A stretch of DNA of 63,744 nt, filler included, from Reticulomyxa filosa (Eukaryota > Protista > Foraminifera): the NCBI GenBank assembly GCA_000512085.1. It is 14 parts of 14 records of this genome, joined end to end, with 100 filler letters (N's around TTAATTAATTAA, not from the genome) between each part and the next. Parts side by side here need not be neighbours in the genome. Positions count along the whole stretch, not along the records: positions 1 to 13,470 come from ASPP01001517.1; positions 13,571 to 21,517 come from ASPP01005310.1; positions 21,618 to 23,523 come from ASPP01019222.1; positions 23,624 to 24,943 come from ASPP01025487.1; 10 more parts are not named here. The stretch is one strand, 5' to 3'. Under the pieces are notes generated by a model that was not told the origin of the DNA, searched no databases, and worked only from the letters and a program-made list of their open reading frames with translations. The translations under genes were made by a program, and so were the position numbers. Below are positions 11,175 to 24,049 of this stretch, piece by piece; within the stretch, counting starts at the first letter, position 1, and each line of letters starts with the position of its first letter.

Positions 11175-11851
11175 TTAATGAGCAACAGAGCCCAAGGATT
11201 TTTCAATGATGTCGTACGTTTCATATTCAATTTCAGCTTCATATTTTTCTTTGTCATTTGTTGCTTGGCTCATTTTTTGTTGAGCTTTTGTCAATCCTTC
11301 CTTAACATTCTATTGCCAAAAAAAAAAGAATTTTTGTTGGACCCTTTTTTCTTTTTTTTTGAGGTATGTTATTATATATAATAACATATTTAAAAAAAAG
11401 AATACATAACATTTAAATCAATGTCATTCAATAGCACTGCTTCAGTGGCAGCAATTTCGCACGAAGCGTTGGAATGAACAACACAAAATCCTCCTGCAAC
11501 AAACCAATGGTCTTGCTTTCCGGAAGCCTCTGTTCTTTCGTGATAAACACTGACAATTCCAGGTTGCATTTCACATACCACTGGGATATGTCCAGGACTC
11601 ACGGCAAAACGCCCATCACTTCCTGGAATTGCCACTGTCCTCACTGGTGCATCTTGGTATAACTCTTTGTGAGGACAGGCGAATGTAAAGCGGAAAAACT
11701 CGGGTGTTTCGCCTTCTTTGGCTTGCGGCAATTCTTTCACTTTCAAGTCTGAGCTGCTAGTGGCTTCCCCTGCAAACCCACGAATATTCATGCGGACAAC
11801 ATTTGAGAGAGCTTTGCGGCTGCTGGTCAAACCCAATCTATACAAAAGCAT
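11175..11851 (-). CDS. ATP16: Mitochondrial F1 ATP synthase subunit delta (2 exons)
   Basis: Presequence followed by FTFACPH...VAIPGSDGRFAVSPGHIPVVCEMQPGIVSV...WFVAGGF. Exon 2 (about 11310-11175) gives the helical tail NVKEGLTKAQQ...EKYEAEIEYE. Confidence 0.9.
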
Positions 11852-12105
11852 CCTTCAAAATAATGATAATAATTTTTTGGTTTGTTCCTTTTTTCTGCAC
11901 TCTAAGACCAAACCTCTCAAAAATAAAAAACTGAATTTGTTGTCTGATTTTTGAAAAAAATGGTATTGAAGTGCCAAGGAATTGTTAGAATCCTGATTGA
12001 AAAAGCAGGACTTGAAAGTATACCAAAAGCACATAAAAAAAGATAAAAAAGGGGAAAGGACCAATTTAAATACAGAGTAATTAATATATATAAAAAATAT
12101 AAATA
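11852..12105. promoter_or_regulatory. Probable bidirectional promoter between ATP synthase delta and ATG4
   Basis: Only 254 nt separate the divergent start codons; no specific motif identified. Confidence 0.45.
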
Positions 12106-13470
12106 ATGTCTACAATTTACACGTATGACAGTCCAATTCAGTACACTCCACAAAAGAAAGTGACGACTGACTTGAGGGGAACTTATGAATCCAATTCGTC
12201 TCTGGAGAAGACAAGCGCAGCAACGGAGCAAACACGAGTGGAAAGTATGAAAAGCGAGAAGGGACTGTTTTCATTTTCGATGTCGATGCCATCGATACCA
12301 GGATGGACGCAGCCATGGAACACACTATTGACGGAAGCAAAGCATCAAATGTATGCGTTTTTGGGGTCCAATTCGCCCTCGCTCTTTGCATGCAAGAACG
12401 TGCACAAGTTTTCGTCGCGTGACGTGGTGTGGATAATGGGTCGCGCATTTCATCCCAGCGAAAACGCAGAAGAGGAAGAAGAAAGAGAAGATGAGGAAAA
12501 GAAAGAAGATGAAGATGAAAATAGAAGCGTAAGTAGAAGTAAGAGTAAAAGTAAAAGTAAAAGCAAAAGCAAGAGCAAAAGCAGAAGCACGAGTTCAATC
12601 AAAACAATGTGGAGAATAAAATCGGAACAAGATCAAGAAAAAGACAAACGAAACAGGAATGGAAAGAGAACAGGAACAGGAACAGGACAAAAAGGGGAGC
12701 ACAAAAGAGAAATGAAAAAGTGGGAAAACGATATCATAATGAGATGGCATGAACTTGTGTGGATTACATATCGACGAGGCTTTGAGGCTATTCGTGGATC
12801 AAAGTATACCAGCGACGCAGGGTGGGGCTGCATGCTCCGCACAACCCAAATGATGTGTGCGCAAGGGCTGCTCTGTCATTATCGCAATGAGGATGCGAAT
12901 GAAAATGCCAATGCTAATGAAAGTGAAGACAAGAAGGATGATGATAATGATAATGATAATGACAATGAAAATGATAATGACAATAGCAATGACAATGATA
13001 ATGGTGATAATATTAATGGAAATAATATGAATGGTAATGATACCAATGGTAATGAAACCAATGGTAATAATATCAATGGTAATGATAAAAAACAACAAAC
13101 AACAGCAATGATTCGATTAAAAAAGGATGAACACAAAATTAATCCGCAAACATCAAGTTTATATCGCTATGTGTGTGATTTCTTTAAGGATAGCTACGAT
13201 TCGCTTTTCAGTATCCACAATATGCTGAGACACAAATCCAAGTGGAATTCCAAACATGTCGGCTCATGGCTAACTCCAACCGAAACTTGTCTCATGTTTG
13301 TCAAGTGCTTGGAGGAGTCCTTCTTGTCTGAACAAATTGCGGGTTTGGTCGCCTTGAATTCCAATGGCATGATTTACAAGTCGCAAATTCTTGATTTGTG
13401 CTGTGAATATATTACCGATGATAACAATGACAATGGTAATGATAACGATAATGATAATGATGATGATGAT
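12106..13470 (+). CDS. ATG4: Autophagy cysteine protease ATG4 (peptidase C54), 3'-truncated by gap
   Basis: VWIMGRAF, WITYRRGFEAI, SDAGWGCMLRTTQMMCAQGL (catalytic Cys), FSIHNM and VGSWLTPT. Long SK, GT and N/D low-complexity inserts. Confidence 0.92.
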
Positions 13471-13570
13471 NNNNNNNNNNNNNNNNNNNNNNNNNNNNNN
13501 NNNNNNNNNNNNNNTTAATTAATTAANNNNNNNNNNNNNNNNNNNNNNNNNNNNNNNNNNNNNNNNNNNN
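13471..13570. other. Artificial contig spacer N44-TTAATTAATTAA-N44 (first of 13)
   Basis: Identical spacers start at 13471, 21518, 23524, 24944, 32896, 34480, 36225, 37863, 39027, 49176, 57862, 59740 and 62147. The 12-mer places stops in all six frames. Confidence 0.97.
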
Positions 13571-13602
<32 letters not shown>

Positions 13603-13621
13603 TAGTAATGGTGGGGCATTA

Positions 13622-14844
13622 ATGTTCACGAAAATGCGCGGGAAACCAATCCTCCCAAAATTGCTAAATGAACTGGATGTATACACGTATGGCAAATCTT
13701 TGTGGTATTTTTGTGTGCATCAATTGACGGTGAAAGACCGCGAAAGTGTATGGGATTGTTTGATCTATTTAGCCAATCAATTGCCTACAGCCATTGCTGT
13801 GAGATTGTTGGAAGAGAATCGCGAGCCTTTGAGCAAGTTGCGAGCGCAATCCTTGGATGACTTGTGTCAAGCAATTATCGAAACGAGCGAATTTCCGGAA
13901 GCCACCTCATTATATTTAGCCGCTTTTATGAAGGAACGCGCCGACAATGATCTGAGTCGAAAGGACTTGTTCAACGACATTGCCGAGAGATATATCGCCA
14001 TTTCCACACAATTGCTGGCCGAAATCGAAAGCGATCATTTGTTGGCCATATTCGTCGAAATACCTTGTGACATCGATAACATGTCCATTTTCGATATTGC
14101 GATTCGCTTTCATTTGGATACGTTTTTGGATTTCCATCGCTTGTATCCTTTGATGTTGCAAATATGGCATAAATACGAGTACTTGGATCCCAAAGACAAT
14201 TTTATTCAAACTGACGTTAGCGATTTTGAAACATTGCACAAACTAGTAACTTCCCCCAATCGCTTTTATTTCAGTGCCATTGGCCGCTTTTTCACACAAG
14301 CGTTTTTACATCTTTTTTATGTACTGTTCATTTCATGGATTACTTATCTGCGCATTTATCCTTTTCAAGATCTCACTTTGGAAGAGGAGATCTTATGGCT
14401 GGCTAATGTCGGATTCATCCTTTTTCAATTGGTTCAACTCGTCATTGAAGGCAGGCACTACTTTGCCAATTTATTCAATTATTGCGATTTAGCGATCATG
14501 TGCGGTTGGATTGCCTTGTTTGTCATGCGCTTCATTGTTGTCCCGAGATACGATGATCTTTCCGATAATAGCGCGACCAGTGCCAGTAGCACCACCATCA
14601 CCATTACCACCAGCACTAGTAATACCACCAACACCACCAGCGTAGAGTCCACCGATGCGTACAAGGAGGCTTTACACTTGGAAAATAAAGTCAATTCCGA
14701 TTACACCACGACGTACATGCTATTTTGGTCCTTGCAATGCATCTTGGTTTGGACACGTCTTGTTGGATTTTTCCGAAGAAATGCTTCCACTGGGGTGTTT
14801 TTCAAAATGGCTATGAAAATGATGACAGATATTTTAGTTTAAGT

Positions 14845-14889
<45 letters not shown>

Positions 14890-16573
14890 TTATTATGAAT
14901 TAATGTAAATTATTATACGTACGTATACTAAAAAAAAAAAATAAATAATTTATTATTATTACTTTGGTTAGAACTTCTTGATATTGTTAATTCTTTTTAC
15001 TGCTGGATTTATGCTTGCATTGTATTATATTGTCTCCTCGGATTTACGTATATCACACCCGGATGTTTGTACGTATGACGGACAATTTCGATACGAGCTG
15101 TACACGATGGCTCAATCGGTGTTGTATGTATTTCAAACACTATTGGGAGAACAAGATTGGACCACGATAAATGAACGTTACAATATTAATACCGGCGTGG
15201 TTTGTTTCAATTGGTATCGATCTCGATTGGCGCAGTGGGTGGTAGCGTTGTATAGTATCGTTGGCACCATTATTTTGTTGAACTTGTTATTGGCGCTGAT
15301 GGCAAGCACGTATGACGCGTTGCGAGAACGTGCTCGTATTGAGTCCAATTTCAGTCGGTTTCAAGATACCATTGATACAGCCACAAGACATGCGCTCATG
15401 TCCCCTCCTTTCAATCTCATTGTCATTGCCTTAATGGCAATTGTGTGCGTCATTGATAGTTGCATTCGATGGGTGACCAGTGGGAAATACGTACTGAACG
15501 CAGAGTATTTCTTCCCGATTCATTATTCGTTGCGACAGAACTTGTGGATGGTGAAGACACACGGGTGGAGGCGTGTGAAGAAAAAATCACCGGGCTCCTC
15601 CTTGGTCATAGGCAAGAATGCTCGAGTATCCATTGAAATGCCTTCCAAGCCACTCCGCTCTATCCCTTCCGATCAGCCTATGCCATCCACTAGTGACGTC
15701 ACTGCCCCAGAAAAGGGGGCCGAGGCTGTTGACGAGTGGCAAGCGGAAGCCAAATCAGAGCATGGAATTGGTATCTTCTTATTGTTTTTAAAAAAAAAAA
15801 AAAAAATAGACAGTTCAAAATTTTTTTAAAAAAATATAAGAAAAAAAAAAAAAAAACAAAAAACAGATCAAAGCGAAGCTGCCTCAAGACATCCAACACC
15901 ACACTTTTCGGAAGAAGAGCTGAGAGACTTCACCCCACATTGGCTCATGACTTTAGACCGAAGAAAATTTATTGAAAACCCCTTTGATAGACCTGATCAT
16001 TGTCGCCACTGCAGGTAAGTTCCTTCTTTGCTTTTGTGTATACGTGTGGGGAAGTAACTTTTTTTTTTATAATTGCTTGGATTTTATAGACACTATATCG
16101 GGGACAAGCAAGGCGGTATTCATGATTATTTTGAACTGTTTCAAGAGTTCCAAATTATTGATGATGCAGACAAAGAATTAATGAAAAAATTGCTATATCG
16201 GCGCTCGGTTTGTCCAGTTTGCTTTCGACCAGTCACTGACGGAAGTAAATATCATCGGTGGCAAGTGATGTTGGAGGTTTTATCTTTTTATGTATTTTTG
16301 CTCTTCGTCTGGATCCCTTTAATCATCCTATTATTTATTCCTGCATTATTGGACCGCTTCTGGTCAAATATCAAAACTTTGCAAAAACCACAAAGTGAAA
16401 CTACTGATGCACTAATCAATGCTGATATTGATTTGGAGCATATCGATTTTGAGTACAAAGAAGTTGTAAGATCTAAAATAGCCACTGCTACTTTGATATT
16501 GGAACAAACAAATGTTAATCTTTCAACTGCTCATGAATTTGCGTGGGATAATGATGCAGTGTCAGCGCATTGA
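13622..16573 (+). CDS. TRP-like cation channel (multi-exon, probably 5'-partial)
   Basis: Six-TM ion-transport pattern. Pore FQTLLGEQDW, S6 IILLNLLLALMASTYD, and post-TRP PPFNLI. In-frame GT-AG introns at about 14837-14971, 15770-15867 and 16015-16089. Confidence 0.8.
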
Positions 16574-17021
16574 TTTCATTGTGTGAACCAAAAAACTACT
16601 TTTTTGTTTTAAAATATTGTGTCGTGTGTAAAAACTTGTGACTCTTACTAAGGCGAGATTATTATGGCCCAATAAAATAAAATAAACTGTTAATAGAACA
16701 AAAAATTGCTTTGTTAAATTGTAACAAACGCTGATAAGCATTAATATTGATTATAAGCCTTTGATCATTTGATGTATGTCAAAACCTTTTTTCATTACTC
16801 ATAAAGAAAATAATTTGGACAAATGGTGCGTGAGATACATTACGAATTATGGAGTGGCCAAAATGTAAATAACAAAGAAAATAAAGAAATCAATAAAAGC
16901 ATGTCAGAAACTCTCTCATCTTAACAAAAAAAAATGTAATTATTGTTTCACTGGAACAATATTTTAAAGACAGACGGGGATTAACTACGGAAACATAAAA
17001 GAAACTCCTTTTGGCTGCAGT

Positions 17022-19045
17022 ATGACAACCTCACCCTTAAAACAGGAGATAATTATAACAAATCCATTTTTTCAATTAATTCGTGACAAACATGAACGTC
17101 TGTACGATAACGTCTGTCGAAATGGATGGTATATCTGCGTACCTCACAGTAGTTCGATTGAAGATGGAGATTTCACGGACGAATTTATAAAAACGCATGT
17201 ATTGAAAAACAGTCCACATTTTAAAGGTGAATACATAAGTCAGAACGGGCGATCAGTGACAATAGAAAAAGGTGTGATTTCAACCAAAGCAGGCTTTAAC
17301 AGTCCTCGCGAAGTGGTAATATTGTCGGAAGAACTATTTTATAGAGATGACTCCAAATTTATTGTATACTGCATTTCATCTCCGTTAATCCCCATCACTC
17401 CAAAATCTGCTCCATCTTTTTCATTTGGATTGCGAGGCTTCAAAGGCAAGATGAAGTGTGCTTTTTCTATTAGTAGATCTCAGAGGTATATAAGTACATG
17501 TATATGCATATACACATATACATATATTTGTATAAAAGGAGATGACATAAACAACTGACAACAGTGATAGAGTTCATGAGAATAAAAGAAGAGCCACAGT
17601 AAGAAAGACAATGAATGAATTTGAATACCGAAGTAAAGAAGAATGGAAAGAGGTATTGCAGACGAGATTGAACGAACATAGCTACCGACAACTACGAAAA
17701 AAAATGGAGGCATTTGCAAAAGACTTTGAAAAGTCTTACGTAATGCTGAAAGGTTCCACCTCTTGCACCAGCCAAAGGATCAAAGAACATAGAGATAACA
17801 CCTTGCAAGAATTCGTGTGGCAAACCAAACAAAAACATCGAAGTGGAGCATCTGCAAGAACGAACAAACAAAACGAGCAAGAAAAAGAAGAAGAAGACGA
17901 CGACAAAGAAAGCAAAAGAAAAGAATTTAAAAACGCAAATCAAAATGAAGAGGTTGTGTTGGCGTTTGATTGTTTGCAAATGGACTTACTTGAAGACTCG
18001 ATATTTCGCCAGTTATCCGTACATTTGGAAGCAGAAGAGAGCCAATTGCACGCCAAAATTATACGTTTGAAAGGTACTTGTGGCATCTCTAGTTGTATCG
18101 ATCGTTCTGTTTCGTCGGCGTCCTTTTTGGTACACAAAAAAGAGAGAGCCAATGGACGCTTTGTATGTGACGATTTCAGTGCTGCGATAAACCATTTGAA
18201 AAGTATTCACTCGTTTAAAACACCTTTGCGTAAATTGGGGTGTTTGAAGACCACTGTTCAACTTATCCAAGATACCATTGTTCTACAACGTTATCCATCT
18301 TTTCAAAATATGTTTTGCATCTTCCATTTGTTTGTGTATTTGTTGAACAAATAAATAAACAAAAAAAAAGGAGCATTAACATTTTTATTGTGTTCATATG
18401 TACATGTAAAAAAAAAAAAAAAAAGGGAGACTAAAACAATGTCGTGATACTATCGTTTTTACAACGGACGATATGCTGGCATTTTTTATTTATGCAATCA
18501 TTGATGCCCAGCTGACTCATTGTTTGACCCTGTGTGAATATTTGCACTACTTTTTTTTCTCTTCACAGAAGGCAGGGCAACTCGACTATTTTGTTAGTAC
18601 TTTTCACGCGAGTGTTCAGGTTTGACTAGATTTTTTTTCTTTTTTGAAACTCTGTCTTTCATACAAAAAAAAAAAAAAAAAGGAATGTTTGCTTGGTTAG
18701 CATATCCAAAATGCAATGGGCGTGAAAGAAAGCGACAAAAAGCAGGAACCGCAGGACAGTGATGATGAAGTAATTGAGGCAATAGATGGCGAAATCAAGA
18801 ATACAAATATGGAGCCAGAAAAAAAATTCAAAGTATTTGGACATAATGCAAGCAAACAACTAACCATTCCGTCCACTTTTTCGCTCACCCAAAATAACCA
18901 TATACTCGAAAACAGAGGCTACAACAAAAGCGAGGATAGGATATCGTTTTCGTCCACTGGTAAATTTTTTTGGACTTATTTTGCTTTATTCATAACTACA
19001 AAGATAGGGAGACGAAAAGCAACACAAAATATACAGATAGACTGA
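17022..19045 (+). CDS. VPS9-domain Rab GEF with ANKRD27/VARP-like N-terminus (multi-exon; 3' end approximate)
   Basis: N-terminal NPFFQ...ICVPHS...THVL...GFNSPREVVILSEELFY resembles ANKRD27. VPS9 motifs KTPLRKLGCL, TTDDMLAFFIYAII and GQLDYFVSTF (18440-18615). Confidence 0.75.
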
Positions 19046-20543
19046 GTAGCGTAGAATACGACAATGAAGATATAGTGCGCAGAAATTGGTAAAGAAAAAG
19101 TGACAATATTTTTTGTTTTTTTTTTTCTTTTTTCATACATTTTTTTTTAAGAATCTTACAATTTTGAGAACTTGAAACTTCACAACACGTTCCCCACCAA
19201 CGTGCTGTCCTATTCCAAAATATGATATCTCTTTGACAAATTTTTGTTCTTAATACACAAGAAATACGTATTTCTATAGCCAAATTTGCATGTTTAGTTT
19301 TTTCAACAATACAATCTGAACATGAGCCAAAATACCATCAACTTGTTGAAGAAAATAACATAGAATTGATGAAATTTTAACTGGATTATCCAAAAATCCA
19401 ATTGAAAATATTTGATGGATATCAAAACCAAAATTTACAACATTCAAAAATATTACTAAACCAAAAATTCAATTTTCCATACAAATTCAAAAAATTAAAT
19501 ATATGTGTTCGTTTTTTCTGCAACCTACTGCATTATAATTATTACTTATACAAAGAAAAAAGCTAAACAAATTTTAATTAAATAAAGAAATGTTAGCAGC
19601 TTTAAAAAGATTACAAAAATAAAAAATTTTTAAAAGATTAATATGTTATGTAACAAACTTAGTGTTCTTTGTTTATCACATTCTCTTTGGTTGTTGACCA
19701 AAAAGCACTTAAAAAAAACTTGAGACAAGATTAAAAAATTATCAATTTTACATAAAAAAAATGCGTTGATTGAAATAATCACATTATAAAAAGTAAATAT
19801 TTTTGTCATTGGAATAATAGCAATATACTTATTACGTAATTCGGCTCACAGCATACACAAATTTTAAAATTTACAATTATGTGCACATTGAACGAGTTCA
19901 GACTCTGAATTATATGAATATTCTTATTACCAAAAGAGTTTTCGAAAAGGAAAACAAAAGTAATTAAATAATAAAGAGATAAACAACTCACTGACAAAGA
20001 AATAAGAAAACAGAAAAGCAAAGAAGAAGACAGTAAAGGTTGTTGAGGAAAAAAGGGTTCCCTCGTTCATACGGAACTTCTCCTGTAATTAGTAGGGCAT
20101 TTCACTACTATAATGGTCAAATGTTATTCTTTTATGAAAACAAAACATAAGTATATATAATATGACTGTGATAAGTTGTTGTGAATTTTTTAAATTATGT
20201 ACTTGTATTACTAGTGTATTTTATCGTTTTTAACGTTAAAAAAATTAAATTTGGCCTGTCAATATTGAGAATTACTCACCAGTGTCCCATGCACTAACCT
20301 TAAACACACTTTGGATGTTGTAATTTGAGGTTTTTCTTTAGCCAGGCCACATTTGTTGCAACGACTTGAATTTTTTCAGTTATTGTTTTTGCAAATTGTG
20401 TCCATCAAAATTGCAAATAAAACGAGTTTTTTTGTCTAACTCTTTGATTACAAATGCCAGATTTTTTAAAAAAATCTGATACTACCTTCCGAAAAATGAC
20501 TTCACAAAAAAAAAAAACAACAGATGAATTAAAACCATATTTT

Positions 20544-21488
20544 TTATTTGAATTTGGTCATCATTGACACTTTGGAAGTGGTTGCATATTGCTCTTGCGA
20601 TGCCCATGCACTGGATTGGACAGCACGTTGAACATTATGTGATTGAAGGTTCATTTTTAGTTCTTTGCCACCTCCACTGCGATAGTCAGATTCGCTTCGC
20701 AAGCCATTAGCACAGCGTTGGATATCCTGGACCAAGCCTGTCGAGTACTTGTTTTTGGGTTCGTGAGCTGTTAATCGTTTTTGGGCCTGTCCCAAGCGTT
20801 CCCGAGCCTCATCCATTTTGCCTGCATTGGCCAAGTTGTCAGCTTCAGCCATGGCTTCCGTCGCAATAATGCGGTTGTTTTGCAGATCCAAATCGTAATT
20901 GCGCTCTCCCGTTTCTTTGGATTCCACACGTGCTACGCTAGCAATAGCACTCACCTCTTCGTTTTTGTTACCAACGATAGAGTTTTTATATGAGCAAGTC
21001 ACCTTTGCCAAAGGCCAGTCTGCTTTCACCTCACCACACCTCGGCACGCTCAATTCGAATATGACATCGCGATTCTCTTCGCTTTGAATGTCTGAAAACG
21101 TGACCTCGTAGCACTGACTGGCGCTTACTGCTTTCAAGTTCAGACCTACGGACAAGCACCGATTGATTTTGACATCATTCATCACTTGCACACGCATCAC
21201 AATGTTTTGTGCGACTACGCTAATCAACCCTCCCAAGCATTCTGCAAACGTAGCGCTGATCATTGTCGTATCTTTAATGAATGCATACATGCCGCGTCCA
21301 TGCTCTGCTATGGCTTGCAGCAAGCTTTCGTTGTGGCCCTCTCCAAATCCAAACGTGTTTATCGTGCAGGGCAGTTCCTTGTTGCTCGCCTTTTTGCTCG
21401 AAAACAGTTTGCCCCAGAACCCTTGCTTTTGTGCCACATGGCTGGGATCAATTGTCGCTTTGATTATGTCTTGTGCGTTTGAATACCC
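20544..21488 (-). CDS. von Willebrand factor A domain protein, C-terminal exon (5' part lost in gap)
   Basis: INTFGFGEGHNESLLQAIAEHGRGMYAFI...FAECLGGLISVVAQN, DIQSEENRD and a helical C-terminus (RIIATEAMAEA), typical of VWA/WAV3-like proteins. Confidence 0.85.
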   Translation of the reverse strand, partial: GYSNAQDIIKATIDPSHVAQKQGFWGKLFSSKKASNKELPCTINTFGFGEGHNESLLQAIAEHGRGMYAFIKDTTMISATFAECLGGLISVVAQNIVMRVQVMNDVKINRCLSVGLNLKAVSASQCYEVTFSDIQSEENRDVIFELSVPRCGEVKADWPLAKVTCSYKNSIVGNKNEEVSAIASVARVESKETGERNYDLDLQNNRIIATEAMAEADNLANAGKMDEARERLGQAQKRLTAHEPKNKYSTGLVQDIQRCANGLRSESDYRSGGGKELKMNLQSHNVQRAVQSSAWASQEQYATTSKVSMMTKFK

Positions 21489-21626
21489 CTTTTTTTTTTA
21501 AAAAAAAAAAAAAAAAANNNNNNNNNNNNNNNNNNNNNNNNNNNNNNNNNNNNNNNNNNNNTTAATTAATTAANNNNNNNNNNNNNNNNNNNNNNNNNNN
21601 NNNNNNNNNNNNNNNNNAAAAAAAAG

Positions 21627-23523
21627 ATGGACTTAAAAGAGCAACTCCAACCTTGGATAGAGTTAAAGGAGGTGACAGAAAGAATCAAAGAGTATTATCC
21701 CTGTAAAGATGAAATAAAAGAAGATGAAGTAAAAGAAGCTGAAAAAAAAGAAAATAAAATAAACGAAGACGATCAATGGAAAGCATTTGTCAAAGCATTG
21801 GAAAAAATGGAAGAAATAACAAGGACCAGCGAAGATATTTCTATTAAAGAAGCAGCTGAATGTTATGACACATGTTTCGAATGTGTGGGTGAAGGTGCCA
21901 AAGTCTGTATGACAACTGACCTTTTCAAGATATTGATTTGTTGTGAAAATGAACTAAAACTATTGGCAAGTAATACAAACTTTACAAATGAAAAAGAATT
22001 TGAGAAGATATTGCAAGTATTGAGAGAAAGTAGCCACCAAGGTCTTCAGAAGTTGGAAAATTGCTTGAAATATGTAAATCCTGTCATGCAAAAAAAATTG
22101 TGGCAATATTCACTGGAAAATATGTCCAGCTTGGCCAAAGCTATATTATCATTGAGTTCCAATGGCAAAGGCTTTGTGGAAATGCTAAAGAAATGCTGTG
22201 ATACAGATCTGACAAATATTTCTTCCTTGGTCAAAGACGATGACAAAGTTAAAATAGAAAAAAATATGAGGCAATTCAAAGAAGCAATAATATATGGACA
22301 ATGGAAATTTGGAACTTGTGAAGATATGTTACAGGGAAATAAGAACAACAAGTTGATATTGGAAATCGTCAATACTACTTGGCATTATGATAAAATTGGA
22401 AAAAATATTGATCGTGTATTGCTTGGAGTGGGAAAAAAAGAATTAAAAGAAATTGAGACTGTGATCAAGCAGTTCGAGGAGTGCAAAGAAATTAGCGCAG
22501 TTCGAATCGAATTTTGGAAACAAGGAGGACGCGTTAAGAATATTGCTATCAATAACAAAGATAAAAATAAGATATCTGTGCGTTCGCAAATGAGTAAGTT
22601 TAAGGAATACAAAGATCTTTGGGAAAAACGATTAATGAAATGGAAACAACACTCTCTTCAATTAAGAGAACTGTTCCCTGCACTCAATTATTTCCGTTTC
22701 AATGAAATCCACTCTTTAATTCGTCAAATTGACACTCTTTCATCAAGTAATAATCGTTCCCTCCAAGAACGAGAATCTATTAAATCGTTTCTTCAAAAAG
22801 TCAACTATGAAGCCACTAATGAAGACGTCAACGAGATATTGCAGAATTGGATAAATTTTGATCCCAATGTGTTGAAAATTTATAATATGTGTGATATCAG
22901 CAAAAAAGAGGGTTTAAAAGAATGCAGAGATGATATTGCAAAGTTTGGACAAATTCTTCGTCCACTGTGGACTTGTTCTCCACACCATCATACTATTGAA
23001 AAGACCTATCCTATTGGATTAAATGCCGGCAAACCTAATTTAATCATGCAGAGTAAATCACTATTATTTAAAGTACTTGGTTTATTTGAATCACAACCGT
23101 GCATTCCACGAGCGGAACACATTTTGGTTTGTAATGAAAAGACAATGAAAGAGGATGTTGCTTGTTTGATATTTCGAGCCATCACCAATGATAAGAAAAT
23201 GCAAACTGATATGCATCATGACTCTGTAAAACCGTTGTATTGCTTGGTATATCCAGAAAAGTTAACACCTGCGACATTGAAGCAAGTTTGTCGAGTTATG
23301 CACGATCTATTGTTGAATGATGTCCAATTGGAAAAATTAAAAAACTGCTCTTATCTGTTTGCTGTTATATCCAGCGATGCTGAAAATCCTTTGTGTAAAC
23401 TCTTGGAGCCATTCCACGTTTCATTCCCAAATATATCATCCCAAGAACTTCCAAAGAAAATGCTGTCTCAACTTTATCCTAATTCATGGACTGATGATCA
23501 ATCTTATGATATTAACATAGAGC
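21627..23523 (+). CDS. RNF213/mysterin-like giant AAA+/E3 protein, internal fragment
   Basis: Contig-spanning ORF. LRELFPALNYF, GLNAGKPNLI, PRAEHILVCNEKTMKEDV..LIFRA and LYCLVYPEKLT match the RNF213 segment around the first AAA unit as recalled (GQPNL...EVLLC..TT.EEV.LLLRR...YSL..AD.L). Confidence 0.7.
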
Positions 23524-24049
23524 NNNNNNNNNNNNNNNNNNNNNNNNNNNNNNNNNNNNNNNNNNNNTTAATTAATTAANNNNNNNNNNNNNNNNNNNNN
23601 NNNNNNNNNNNNNNNNNNNNNNNGAGTCTTGTTATTTTGGAACACTACCATTTTCATCTTTAAACAATAAAAAAATTATTAATTAAAATTTTTTTTTTAT
23701 TATTTTTTGTTCATTATTTTTGTGCATTGAGCCAACAGGAGTTCAAGATATATTGCAGAGTTGTTCTGATAGTCAAATCAAACAAAGGTCATCTTATTGT
23801 TGCAATTCAATTTCCCATAAAAACGCAATCAATATAGCAAACAAACAAATGGCCGAGCAAAACAAGGATTACAACGGCTATCAGGTTTGATTTAAATGAT
23901 GAAAAAAGAAAGAGTGTGGGAAGTTGGTTTGCTATTTATTGTTCAAATCTAGTGAAGACGGTAAAAAAAGATTATAGATAAAATAAGTTTAGAAAATATA
24001 GCCACCACCCCTTTTGAGCATCTTTTCTGTTGTTTAAATCCAAAAAAAT

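Noticed and set aside
13515-13526. Repeated palindrome TTAATTAATTAA at 13 sites
   Set aside because: Always centred in N runs of fixed length; an artificial six-frame-stop linker. ORFs ending in X...LIN are artefacts.
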